A stretch of DNA of 63,977 bases, counting the filler, from Sandaracinaceae bacterium (GTDB lineage: Bacteria; Myxococcota_A; Polyangia; Polyangiales; JADJQN01), in the NCBI GenBank assembly GCA_947483975.1. It is 13 parts of 13 records of this genome, joined end to end, with 100 filler letters (N's around TTAATTAATTAA, not from the genome) between each part and the next. Parts side by side here need not be neighbours in the genome. Positions count along the whole stretch, not along the records: positions 49,871 to 54,661 come from CANKOL010000393.1; positions 54,762 to 59,526 come from CANKOL010000394.1; positions 59,627 to 63,977 come from CANKOL010000421.1; 10 more parts are not named here. One strand, 5' to 3'. A program made the translations under genes and the position numbers. Below, piece by piece: positions 50,915 through 60,559 of the stretch. Below the pieces are notes generated by a model. It was not told the origin of the DNA, made no database searches, and saw only the letters and a list, made by a program, of their open reading frames with translations. How positions within the stretch are numbered: position 1 is the stretch's first letter; each line of letters begins with the position of its first letter.

Positions 50915-53440
50915 GTGAAACGCTTCGCACTCGCGCTCCTCGTCTCGCTCATGCTCGTCGGAGTCGGCTGCGGCGACGACGTGACTCCCCCCGCTTCGGA
51001 CGCCGGGCTCGACGCCGGTGCTGACGCTGCGCCGGTCGACGCGGGGAGCTGCCTCGCGACCGCCGCAGACTACCCCGCTCCCGTCACCGGCGCGTGCGAG
51101 GCGAACGTCGCCCTCCCCGGCGCGGCGCTGCCCGTCGGGGACGACGGCGCGGGAGGCTTCATCGTGCCCGGCGGGAGGCGCGTCACGCGCGTCGGGCGGC
51201 AGGTGCGACTGCCTGGCTTCCCGAGCTCCGTGCTGCCGATTCCTGGCACGCGCTTCGCGGTGGTCTCGGACGGCGGGCGTGACGACGAGTTGCTGCGCGT
51301 CATCGACGTCGAGTCGCTCGCCATCGTCGACTCCCGCACGTTTCACACGGGCGACAGCTCGAGCGAGGCGCTCTTTCTCGGGCTCGCCGTGAGCGCCGAT
51401 GGGCGACGACTCTGGGCCTCGGGCGGCGGCTCGAATCGCATCTTCGCGTACGACGTCGACCTCGCGACTGGCGCGCTCACCGAGGCGCCCGCGCGCTCGA
51501 TCACGCTCGCCGATGCTGCGCCGACGTCAGGACACTTCGCCGGGATCGCCCTCACTCCCGACGGGACGAAGCTCGTCGCGCCGATGCTCCTCGTCGGCGC
51601 CGTCGGCATCTACGATGCGGAGACTGGCGCGGAGCTGCGCCGCGTGGTGCTCGATCCAGACGCATATCCGTACGACGTCGCCATCTCGGCGGACGGAACC
51701 CGCGCCTATGTGTCGGAGATCGCGCTCGGCGCGGTGGTGCCCATCGAGGTCGCGACTGGCACCGTCGGGACTCCCATGCTCGTCGGCGCCGCGCCGCAAG
51801 GACTCGCGCTCTCACCCGAGGGCACCAAGCTCGTCGTCGCCGCCGCCAACTCCGATCAGCTCTCGATCATCGACGTCGCGCTCGGGGCCGTCACCTCGCA
51901 GATCGATGTTCATGGAGCGGGCGCGCCGCGCGGCGCGTCGCCCGTGTCGGTGTCCTTCGACGCGAGCGGGCGACTCTATGCGGTGAACGCGGGCGACAGC
52001 GCCGTCGCGGTCTTCGAGCCGTCCGGAGAGAGCTATCACAGCCTCGGGCGACTCCCGACGATGTGGTATCCGTCCGACGCCGCGCCGCTCCCCGACGGGC
52101 GCCTCCTCGTCCTCAGCGCGAAGCACGAGAGCACCGGCCCCAACCTCGATCCCTCCGTAGGGATCGTCGAGAGAACGGGGGGAAGCCTCGCCGTCGTCGA
52201 CGCCGCCGACCTCACGCCCGCACAGCTCGCCGTGTACGAGACGGAGGTCGCTTCGAACATCGCGCGCCCAAGCACGCTCGTGAACGTCAGCTGCCCGAGC
52301 GGCGCGCCATACGACTTCCCGGTCCCGCTCCCGGGGACGGGTCCGAGCACGAAGCTCGAGCACGTCATCATCATCGTCCGCGAGAACAAGACGTACGACG
52401 CGTACTTCGGCGCCTATCACGACGACGCGGGCGCCCCGCTCGGCAACGGCGATCCCGCGCTGACGCTCATCCCCGCCGCGGACATCGACCGCGCACTGCC
52501 CAACACCTTCGCGCTCGCGCGCCGATTCGGCATATCCGACAACTACTACTCGGACGCTGAACAATCGGTTCAAGGGCATATCTGGATGACGCAGGGGCGC
52601 ACGACCGACATCCTCGAGCGCGTCTGGCTCAACTCCACTGGATACGGGCGCAGCTACGTCGCGCCCAATCTGACGCTGATTCGCCCCGACGAGGGCAGCG
52701 CCTTCGACTACTTCAAGGCGCACGGCCTCTCGTTCGACAACTTCGGTGAGATCGTCGGCTCGTCGGAGAGCGGCGGCCCGCGGAGCGGCTATCCAGGCTT
52801 CATCTTCAGCCTCGACACGCAGGACACCGAGCGCGCCGCGTATCTTCGGCGTCGCTGGCAAGCCCAGTGTCGCCTCTCGACCTTCACGTTCGCGATCTTG
52901 CCGCGCGACCACACCTACGGCGGGTCGGGCGGGCGCCCGACGCCGGCGTCGATGATCGCTGAGAACGACGACGCCCTCGGCGACCTCGTGGACGCGGTCA
53001 GCCACAGCACTTGGTGGCCCACGACGGCCCTCTTCGTCGTGGAGGACGACCCGCAGGACGGCGGCGATCACGTGGACAACCACCGATCTCCGCTGCTCGT
53101 CATCTCTCCGTGGGCGAAGCGCGGCGCCATCTCGCACGTCAACACGCACGAGGCGTCCATCTACCGGACCATTCAGCTCATCCTCGGAATCGACGAACCG
53201 CTCAACGACTTCTGGCAGAACGCGGCGCCCCTCTACGACCTGTTCACCTCGACTCCAGACTACACGCCCTACGAGCACGTCGCGCGCGTCTGGCCGAACG
53301 AGAACAACCCGAGCGCGTCCACGTCCGCGCTGATGTGGGACGCCGTCGACTTCTCGGAGCCCGACGAGCAACCGGGGCTCTCCGAGTGGCTGTGGGGCCA
53401 CTTCCATCCGACGACTCCCGCGCCACCGCGCGCGCGCTGA
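50915..53440 (+). CDS. Lipoprotein with YVTN-type beta-propeller and phosphoesterase (alkaline phosphatase-like) domain
   Basis: GVGC-GDD lipobox; P.G.ALSP.G propeller repeats; HVIIIVRENKTYD, SDNYY and EDDPQDGGDHVD. Confidence 0.88.
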   Translation: MKRFALALLVSLMLVGVGCGDDVTPPASDAGLDAGADAAPVDAGSCLATAADYPAPVTGACEANVALPGAALPVGDDGAGGFIVPGGRRVTRVGRQVRLPGFPSSVLPIPGTRFAVVSDGGRDDELLRVIDVESLAIVDSRTFHTGDSSSEALFLGLAVSADGRRLWASGGGSNRIFAYDVDLATGALTEAPARSITLADAAPTSGHFAGIALTPDGTKLVAPMLLVGAVGIYDAETGAELRRVVLDPDAYPYDVAISADGTRAYVSEIALGAVVPIEVATGTVGTPMLVGAAPQGLALSPEGTKLVVAAANSDQLSIIDVALGAVTSQIDVHGAGAPRGASPVSVSFDASGRLYAVNAGDSAVAVFEPSGESYHSLGRLPTMWYPSDAAPLPDGRLLVLSAKHESTGPNLDPSVGIVERTGGSLAVVDAADLTPAQLAVYETEVASNIARPSTLVNVSCPSGAPYDFPVPLPGTGPSTKLEHVIIIVRENKTYDAYFGAYHDDAGAPLGNGDPALTLIPAADIDRALPNTFALARRFGISDNYYSDAEQSVQGHIWMTQGRTTDILERVWLNSTGYGRSYVAPNLTLIRPDEGSAFDYFKAHGLSFDNFGEIVGSSESGGPRSGYPGFIFSLDTQDTERAAYLRRRWQAQCRLSTFTFAILPRDHTYGGSGGRPTPASMIAENDDALGDLVDAVSHSTWWPTTALFVVEDDPQDGGDHVDNHRSPLLVISPWAKRGAISHVNTHEASIYRTIQLILGIDEPLNDFWQNAAPLYDLFTSTPDYTPYEHVARVWPNENNPSASTSALMWDAVDFSEPDEQPGLSEWLWGHFHPTTPAPPRAR

Positions 53441-53498
53441 CGCCGACGAAGTGACGTCCGCGCAACGCTACGGTGCCGACGGCTCCGGCGGGACGGCG

Positions 53499-54661
53499 AT
53501 GCGCTACACGCGAGCCGTGCCCTCGGCCTCGAAGCGCGCCTCGCTCGCACTCGCGCTCGCCGTCGCCGCGCTGCTCTCGGCAGACTGCGCCGTCGGCGAC
53601 GAGCGCTCGGACGTCGTCGTCTCGACGCTCACGCGCGCCGACCAGGTCCTCGCGCGCACACGCCCCGCGCTGCTGGCGGGCAAATACGCGCGCATGGCGC
53701 AGCGCCCGTACGACTTCTATCGCGGCACGTTCGCGCTGTTCGTAGAGGACGCGCGTGATCCACGGTCGGCGCTCGGCCGGACACGCTTCGCCGTGGACGG
53801 TCCGCTGCCGCTGGCGCTCGGCGACGCTCACCCCGAGAATTTCGGCGCTTTGATCGCGGGAGACGGGACGCTCGCGATCGAGCCGAATGACTTCGATGCC
53901 GCCGACCGCTGGCCGTATCACTGGGACCTACGGCGCCTCGTGACGGGCGTGCTCGTCGGCGCGCGCGAGTCTCGCGCGGGCGATCCCGCGGCGCTCGATG
54001 AGTGGCTGCGCGCAGAGCCCGACGTCGCCCGCTCCATCGCGCGGGCCTACGGCGACACGGTCACGGACTACGCGACCGGCGCGCCCCTCGCGCGGCTCGA
54101 GTCTGCGGGCGGCGAGCCCGTCCTCGACGACGTCTTCCGGCGCTCGGAGCGGGACCTCGCGGCGCGCGCGGAGCTCGGCGCGCTCACGGAGATCGACGCG
54201 AGCGGCGCGCGTCATCTGCTCCGCGGCGCCGTCGATCCGGCAGACCCGCAGTCGGTCTTCGCGGACCTGCCGCCCTTCGCGCGAGCCGCCATCGACGAGA
54301 CGATCAGCGCCTACCGAGGCACGCTGCTCGCCCCTCCGCCGGCGCGCGCGCTGCGGGTGCTCGACGCGGTCCGACAGTTCGGCAGCGGGGTGGCGAGCTG
54401 GCCGCGGCTGCGCGTGCTCGTGCTCGTCGCGGGCGCGACGGATGGCGCCGAGGACGACGAGGTGCTCGAGCTGAAAGAGCTCGGAGACTCGGGCGCGCGC
54501 GCTTGGTTTCCCCCTGGATTGTTGGCGCGCGACGTGACCGGGCGAATCCGCCGCACCTCACGCTCGGCCTGGTCTCGACCGGACGCGGAGGCGCGCTGGG
54601 GGACGTCCACTTGGCTCGGGCTCCCCGTGCAGGTGCGGCGCGAGTCCGAGGGTCAGAAGAA
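53499..54661 (+). CDS. DUF2252-family (kinase-like) protein with N-terminal signal sequence (3' truncated)
   Basis: KYARM...YDFYRGT, GDAHPENFG, NDFD, GSGVAS and LELKE. Confidence 0.75.
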
Positions 54662-54761
54662 NNNNNNNNNNNNNNNNNNNNNNNNNNNNNNNNNNNNNNN
54701 NNNNNTTAATTAATTAANNNNNNNNNNNNNNNNNNNNNNNNNNNNNNNNNNNNNNNNNNNN

Positions 54762-54934
54762 CCCGGCGCGCTCACCAGGGCGACGAGCGGCGCCCCGGCG
54801 TCACGTCCCTTCGACTCGAGCGCGCGCAACGGAGCCCGCCGCGCCGCGTCGACCGCGGGCGGTTGTGTCCCACACTCGGGGCAGCTCGGTTCGTCCTCGG
54901 GGAGCGTCCGACCACAGCGCTGACAGCTCTGCAT
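54762..54934 (-). CDS. Zinc-ribbon protein, N-terminal fragment
   Basis: CQRCG...CPECG. Confidence 0.55.
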
Positions 54935-55096
54935 GTGTGTCTAATCGCCCCCCCGCGGACAGCCTCGGGCGGGAACGCCGCAAGCATAGCCGAACGGCCG
55001 CGCTGTGGTCGTCCGCGCGAATAATTGGTGCGCGCTTGTGTGCGCTTGTACGAGCTTGCGCGCGCTCTCGCCGCGCAGCTAACATCGGCGCCCACC

Positions 55097-56431
55097 ATGA
55101 CTACCTGCCGCGAGCTTCGTGGAGACGCGGATGAGCGTCTCTTCGCCGGTGACTATCACGGCGCGCTTCACCGCTACGCCGCGCTCGTCACGCTGCAACC
55201 TCAGGATCTCGACGCGCGTCTCCGGGTCGCCGACACGCTCCTCTCGCTCGAGCAGGTGCAGCGCGCCGCGGTCGTCTACACGGCGCTCGCGCGGCACGCC
55301 GCGAACGGCGGATACCCGCTGCGAGCGCTCGTCGCGCTCAAGGTGCTGATGCGCCTCGAGCCGCAGCTCGCCGCGCTCCTCGCGCCCGTCGCGCAGCTCT
55401 ATGCGCTCGGCTCGCCGCGCCTCGGTCGCGCCGTGCGCCTCTCGCCCGGCAATCCCGAACAAGAGCTGCCGCCGACGCTCTCGTTCGCCGAGCAGAAGCC
55501 GCTCCAGGACCTCATCGAGTACGCCGAGCGGATGGCGTCCAACCTCGACCCGATCGGCGCGTACCCCGAGTTTCTCCCGGCGATCCCGCTCTTCAGCGAG
55601 CTGCCCGCCGACGCCTTCGCGGCCGTGCTCGGGGCGCTCAAGCTCAAACGCCCGCGTCCGGGCGAGACCATCATCGCGGAGGGCGAGCCGGGGCAGTCCT
55701 TCTACATGCTCGCGCGCGGCACCGTGCGCGTCACGCGGAAGGACCTCTCCGGCGCTGTGATCCCGCTCGCTTCGCTGCACGATGGCTCGATCTTCGGCGA
55801 GATGGCCCTCGTCAGCGCCTCACCGCGCACCGCGACCGTGACCGCGGAGACCGACTGCGACCTGCTCGAGTTCGACCGCGAGGCGCTGACGAGCATCGCG
55901 CGCGAGGCCGGCACGATCGCGCGCGCGCTCGACAAATTCACCCGCGAGCGGCTGCTCAACAACCTCTTGGCGACCTCCGCGCTGTTCAAGCCGCTCGACC
56001 GCAAGCAGCGCCTCGACCTCGTGCGCCGCTTCACCGCGCACGACGTCGCGCAGAGCGTCGAGGTGATCCGCGAGGGGCAGGCGGGGCGCGGCCTCTTCGT
56101 CGTACTCGCCGGCGAGCTCGACGTCTCCAAGGTCGACGGCACCGACCGCGTGCTGCTCGCGACGCTCCACCCCGGCGACGTCTTCGGTGAGATCAGCCTG
56201 CTCAACGACGGTCCGACGACCGCGAGCGTGACCGCCGCGCGCACCTCGACCGTGCTCTTCCTCGCCCGCGAGATCTTCCAGCGCCTGCTCGAGGCCGTGC
56301 CGGACATCCGCGCATACATCGAGTCGCTCAGCGAGGAGCGCATGATGGACACGCGCATCGTCCTCGAGGCGAGCCGCGAGGACGAAGACGAGGCCGTCGA
56401 CCTCGACGAAGACGACCTCATCCTGATCTAG
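55097..56431 (+). CDS. TPR plus tandem cyclic-nucleotide-binding domain protein
   Basis: IPLFSEL, IIAEGEPG, FGEMAL...PRTATV and a second domain IREGQAG, FGEISL...PTTASV. Confidence 0.9.
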   Translation: MTTCRELRGDADERLFAGDYHGALHRYAALVTLQPQDLDARLRVADTLLSLEQVQRAAVVYTALARHAANGGYPLRALVALKVLMRLEPQLAALLAPVAQLYALGSPRLGRAVRLSPGNPEQELPPTLSFAEQKPLQDLIEYAERMASNLDPIGAYPEFLPAIPLFSELPADAFAAVLGALKLKRPRPGETIIAEGEPGQSFYMLARGTVRVTRKDLSGAVIPLASLHDGSIFGEMALVSASPRTATVTAETDCDLLEFDREALTSIAREAGTIARALDKFTRERLLNNLLATSALFKPLDRKQRLDLVRRFTAHDVAQSVEVIREGQAGRGLFVVLAGELDVSKVDGTDRVLLATLHPGDVFGEISLLNDGPTTASVTAARTSTVLFLAREIFQRLLEAVPDIRAYIESLSEERMMDTRIVLEASREDEDEAVDLDEDDLILI

Positions 56432-56637
56432 CGGTCCGCCCTTCGGCGACCCCACAAGCCTCGCGGACGGCCACTCGGGTGCCGCTCGGACGGCGACCCG
56501 TGACACGGATGTCGCGCCTCGCCCGCGCGCCGACTCCGCGCGCCCACCCCTCAACCGACCAAGGTTGAGGCGCTGTCTGGGATTATTCCGGGGAAATTGC
56601 GAGATCGAGCGCCGCGCCGACGTCTCCGCCGGGCGCC

Positions 56638-56653
56638 TGGCACCCGTGTTGCA
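56638..56653 (+). promoter_or_regulatory. Sigma54 (-24/-12) promoter
   Basis: TGGCAC-CCGTG-TTGCA with exact GG-N10-GC spacing; predicted start near 56664. Confidence 0.75.
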
Positions 56654-56663
56654 CCACAAAGCC

Positions 56664-57050
56664 TCCGTAGGGACGGCGCCGGCCGGTCTCTGATTTCTTA
56701 GGGTCTCTCGTAGGGTGCTGGCTGCCCGGCTCGTCACCCGCCGCTGAGACGCTCGATCAGGCCGCTTTGCTTGCTTTCTTCGCCTAGCCGCTGCTTCGAC
56801 TCTACTTCTACTACGTCCGCGTTGCCGCTTTCCTGAATGTCGCTTCGTCTCGGGGACCCCTCGCGACCTTCGCCTCGCTTCGCATCCTCGCGCTTCGCCT
56901 TGCCTGTGCGCTCTACGCGTTGTGGCTGACTTCGAATCTACTGTTCCGCGCGCCCCGTTCGCAAGCACCCCTTCCTTTCTCTTACTTTGGCCGTCGGCAG
57001 GCTGCGTTTCGCAGTCTGTCTACCGAACGGGGCGCGCGGTTCTTTTCTTC
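56664..57050 (+). ncRNA. Candidate sigma54-dependent non-coding RNA (~390 nt)
   Basis: Bounded by the sigma54 promoter and a terminator; no credible ORF; C/T-rich core with 7 CTTCG motifs; nested 5' stems. Confidence 0.55.
56946..57050 (+). terminator. Branched intrinsic terminator-like structure
   Basis: Perfect 16-bp stem (56946-56961 with 57024-57039) enclosing an 11-bp hairpin (56996-57020), followed by TTCTTTTCTTC. Confidence 0.7.
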
Positions 57051-57089
57051 CGTGGTTCGCATTGCTCGCGGCCGATGTATCCTCCGCGC

Positions 57090-57542
57090 ATGAATCGCGT
57101 GATGACGCGCCGCTCGATCGGCCTCGCCTCCATTCTCGCCGTCCTTCTGCTCGGTGGCTGCGCCGCCCTGAAGGACGACATGCAGCAAGCGGAGTCCGCG
57201 TTCGACGCCGCGCAGTACGACGACTCGCTCGTCTGGCTGCAGGACCTCGAGCCCGACGCGACCGACATGGACGTCGACATGCGCGCGCGCTTCTACTACC
57301 TGCGCGGCATGACGGCCTATCGCCTCGGAAACCGCGCCGATGCGCTGCACTATCTCGCGCTCGCGCGTGAGGTCGCCGGCGAGCGCAACGACGGTCTCCG
57401 CCCCGAGTGGGGCACGGCGATGACGCGCACGATCACCGAGCTTGCGCCCGATGGCGCGGGCGGTGAGGAGTCGCGCGTCAACGCTCGGACGAGCGGCGGC
57501 GAGCAGCGCAACGCCGACAGCTCCGGCTCCCGCAACCGCTGA
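57090..57542 (+). CDS. Small TPR-like lipoprotein
   Basis: LLLGGC lipobox; RFYYLRGMTAYRLG...ALHYLALA. Confidence 0.8.
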   Translation: MNRVMTRRSIGLASILAVLLLGGCAALKDDMQQAESAFDAAQYDDSLVWLQDLEPDATDMDVDMRARFYYLRGMTAYRLGNRADALHYLALAREVAGERNDGLRPEWGTAMTRTITELAPDGAGGEESRVNARTSGGEQRNADSSGSRNR

Positions 57543-57546
57543 AACG

Positions 57547-57576
57547 GAAGAAGGCGCCCCGAAAGGCGCCTTCTTC
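57547..57576. terminator. Hairpin between convergent genes (probable bidirectional terminator)
   Basis: GAAGAAGGCGCC-CCGAAA-GGCGCCTTCTTC. Confidence 0.75.
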
Positions 57577-57635
57577 ATCGACTCTCAGCGAGCGGCTGTT
57601 ACCAGCGGCGGCCGTTGCTCAGCGGGCAGCGCGGC

Positions 57636-57836
57636 TCAGCAAGCCGCCCGACGCAGCTCGCTGATCGCGTCCTTCTTCGCCAGCTTCTTCTTCTTGAGCT
57701 CTTGCGCCTCACGCTGCTCGGCGGCGGTCAGCAGCACGCGACGGTCGAGCTCCGCCACGCGCTCCTTCAACTGTCGGTGTTCCTCTTCGAGCCGAGCGAT
57801 CGCCACCATCGGGTTGTCGTTCAGACGCTTGCTCAT
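57636..57836 (-). CDS. DUF465/YdcH-family small coiled-coil protein
   Basis: L.EEH..L...V.EL...LKKKKL..KD.I; strong RBS AGGAGG. Confidence 0.85.
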   Translation of the reverse strand: MSKRLNDNPMVAIARLEEEHRQLKERVAELDRRVLLTAAEQREAQELKKKKLAKKDAISELRRAAC

Positions 57837-58087
57837 GAACTTACCTCCTGCATCGTTGGACCGGGCACCCAGACCGAAGAACGGAAGCAAGCACCAGAGG
57901 CGTCCATGCTAGATCCCGCCCGTCCTTCGGCGCAAGTGCGCCTCCCGGGAAACATCGGCGCGACGGCTCCATTCCCGGTGCGCCCGTCGTCCGCGCGAAT
58001 CTCGAGGTCCGCCGGGACGTTCTCGACAGAATAGATGTTCGCGCTCTGGTGTCCGAACGAGAGCAGCCCGCAGGAGAGAAACGCGCC

Positions 58088-58840
58088 ATGACCGCCCGCT
58101 CGCCGTCCGCTTCGCCTCGCTTCACCAGCCGCCGTGTCGTTCGCTCGCTCGCCTTCGTCTCGGTCGCGCTCGCGGCGCTCGTCGCCTCGGCGAGCAGCGT
58201 CGTCGTGTCGCACAGCGAAGCGCAGCAGGCGCCCACGGCGCTCCAAGTCGCCGCGCGCGTGCAGCACTTCTACGATCAGGTCCCGGTCGTGCGGATGCGC
58301 TTCTTTCAGACCTACTACGTCAAGCTCCACAACCGCTACGAGCGCTCGAGCGGCACCGTCACGTTCAAGAAGCCGGGCAAGATGTTCTGGCGCTACGACG
58401 CGCCAAACCTGAAGATCCTCGTCTCGGACGGCACGCACATTCAGCTCTTCGAGCCGGGCAGCGCTGGCGAGCCTGGGCAGGTCGTCGAGACCGCCGTCGC
58501 CGACAGCGAGCTTCCGCAGGCGCTCTCGTTCCTCACGGGGCAGGGTCGGCTCGAGGAGCAGTACGCGTTTCGCCTCGTCGACCCGCGCACGCAGGGCTTC
58601 GACGTCCCCGGTGGGCAGGTGCTCGAGCTTCGACCGCGCCGCACGAACCCCAACTACGAGCGGCTGCTGCTCTACGTGACGAACGGCAGCATGGTCGTGC
58701 GCGTGCTGGTCATCGCACACGACGGCAACCGCAACCGCTTCGACTTCAGCCACGTCGAGGTCGCGCGCGTCAACGCGCCGGACAGCGACTTCGTGTGGCA
58801 TCCGCCGGCAGGCACGCGGCGCGTCACGACCGCGAACTGA
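58088..58840 (+). CDS. lolA: Outer-membrane lipoprotein carrier LolA
   Basis: Signal peptide; F.Q...SSG.V.FKKPGKMFWRY..P....VSDG. Confidence 0.85.
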   Translation: MTARSPSASPRFTSRRVVRSLAFVSVALAALVASASSVVVSHSEAQQAPTALQVAARVQHFYDQVPVVRMRFFQTYYVKLHNRYERSSGTVTFKKPGKMFWRYDAPNLKILVSDGTHIQLFEPGSAGEPGQVVETAVADSELPQALSFLTGQGRLEEQYAFRLVDPRTQGFDVPGGQVLELRPRRTNPNYERLLLYVTNGSMVVRVLVIAHDGNRNRFDFSHVEVARVNAPDSDFVWHPPAGTRRVTTAN

Positions 58841-58849
58841 GCGCGGGAA

Positions 58850-59526
58850 TCACTCGGCGCGCAGGAGGGCGTCGAGGTGAGGCGCGAGCGCGGGCCAGGT
58901 GTAGAGCGCGGCGGTCTTGCTCGCCGCGCGGGAGAGTTTGCGGCGCAGCGCGGGCTCCGTCCGGACGCGCTCGAGGGCGCGCGTCAGCGCGGGCACATCG
59001 CCGGGGGCGACGAGCAAGCCGTTGCGCTCGTGCGCGACGACTGACGCGACGCCTCCGACGCTCGTCGCCACGACGGGCAGGCCCGCCGCCATCGCCTCGA
59101 GCAGCGCGGTCGGCGTGCCCTCGGTGCGCCCCGAGGGCAGCACGCGGGACGCGAGCACGAAGGCGTCCGCCGCGGCGAAGAGATCGCGCTTTGCCTGTCC
59201 GGTGACGAGCCCGAGAAAGCGCGCGCGCGCCCCGCAGCCCTCGGCGAGCCGAGCGAGGTTCGCGCGCTCGGGCCCATCGCCCGCGACCAGCAGCGAGGTC
59301 TCGTCGAGCGGCGCGACGGCGCGCACTGCGTCGTCGGTGCCCTTCACCGGCACGAGGCGCCCGAGGGAGAGCACGCTGAAGTCGTCGAGCGCCTGCGCCC
59401 GCCGCAGCGCGCGCCGCGGCGCCGAGGGCTCCGTCAGCGGGTCGATGCCCATCGGCGAGACATGGCAGCGCCCGGCGACGGCGGCGCGCGGCACGGGCGC
59501 GAGGAGCCCGAGGAAGGTGTCGCGGA
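58850..59526 (-). CDS. GT4 glycosyltransferase, C-terminal part (5' truncated)
   Basis: LGRLVPVKG, AGDGPER and TEGTPTALLEAMAAGLPVVAT.VGG. Confidence 0.9.
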
Positions 59527-59626
59527 NNNNNNNNNNNNNNNNNNNNNNNNNNNNNNNNNNNNNNNNNNNNTTAATTAATTAANNNNNNNNNNNNNNNNNN
59601 NNNNNNNNNNNNNNNNNNNNNNNNNN

Positions 59627-60559
59627 CGCCGAGCCGATGTCGAACGTCAGCGGCGCGCCGCTGCTCGACACGGCGCCCGTGTCGCGCGCGAGCGCGCGCA
59701 GATGCGGCAGCGACGACGGGCGCTCGCTGTCCGTCGCGCCCAGCCCGAGCACGAGCACGCCGCGCGCGGCGAGCGCCTCGAGCAGCTGCTCGTAGGTGTG
59801 CGGCTGCGCGAGCGGCGCTGCGATCTCATAGGGGGCGATGGGCTCGATGCCCGGCGGACCGTCGTGCATCGGCGCGTCGGTGATCAGCACGACGACCGGC
59901 AGCGCGCTCTCGCGGAAGCACGCCCCGCCCTCGCCGCCCATCGCGCACCCGCTCGACGGCGGCACCCACTCGCCGAGACCCTCGCCGGTCGCGACCTGAT
60001 AGAGCGCCTCGACCTGCGCCTCGGGGTCGTCGAAGTTGCCCCACACCGGCGCGCTCGTCAGCGCCGACTCGAGCCGCCGCGAGTCGCTCGTCATCGGCAC
60101 GCTCAGCGTGTACGGCAGCACCTCCGGCGGGCCGTACGGCTCGAGCGGGAATTCACCGAGAAAACCGAGCCCGAACCACGCGTCCGGGATCACCGCGCGG
60201 ACGCCTGGCACGACGCGCTCGCTCAGCCCCGCGCGGATGTTCTCGATCTCGTCGCTCATGCTCCCCGTCGCGTCGACGAGGAAGAACACGTCCACCATCG
60301 CGAGCGCGACGGGCGTCGTCAGCGCGGCGCGGACCGGCCCGGCGTCGAGCGGCACCTCGAGGCAGAGCGGCGGCACGCCCGCGTCGAGCTCCGCGACGCG
60401 CGCCGCGTCCGGGACCTCGAGCCCGCTCTTCGCGCCGCAGCCCACGACGGCCGCCGCGAGCGCGAGCAACGCTGAAGTGAACACGAGCGCGAACCGGGAC
60501 AGCAGCGCGAACCGGGACAGCAGCGCGAGCCTGGACATCCGGGCGAACGCGGACCTCAC
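59627..60559 (-). CDS. vWA/MIDAS-domain lipoprotein (3' truncated), paralogue 2
   Basis: VVGC-GAKSGL; DVFFLVDATGSM; EAQVEALYQ; LITDA. Confidence 0.8.

Noticed and set aside
56837..56929. 30-codon ORF (MSLRLGDPSR...) inside the candidate ncRNA
   Set aside because: No RBS and codon usage unlike the genome's genes; kept only as an alternative to test.
36463..57050. Linking the sensor-less sigma54 activator to the sigma54 ncRNA promoter
   Set aside because: Different contigs, and myxobacteria encode many such activators; no evidence for this pairing.
56922..57089. N-terminal extension of ORF 56922..57542
   Set aside because: It runs through the terminator structure with atypical codons. The lipoprotein signal indicates a start near 57090.
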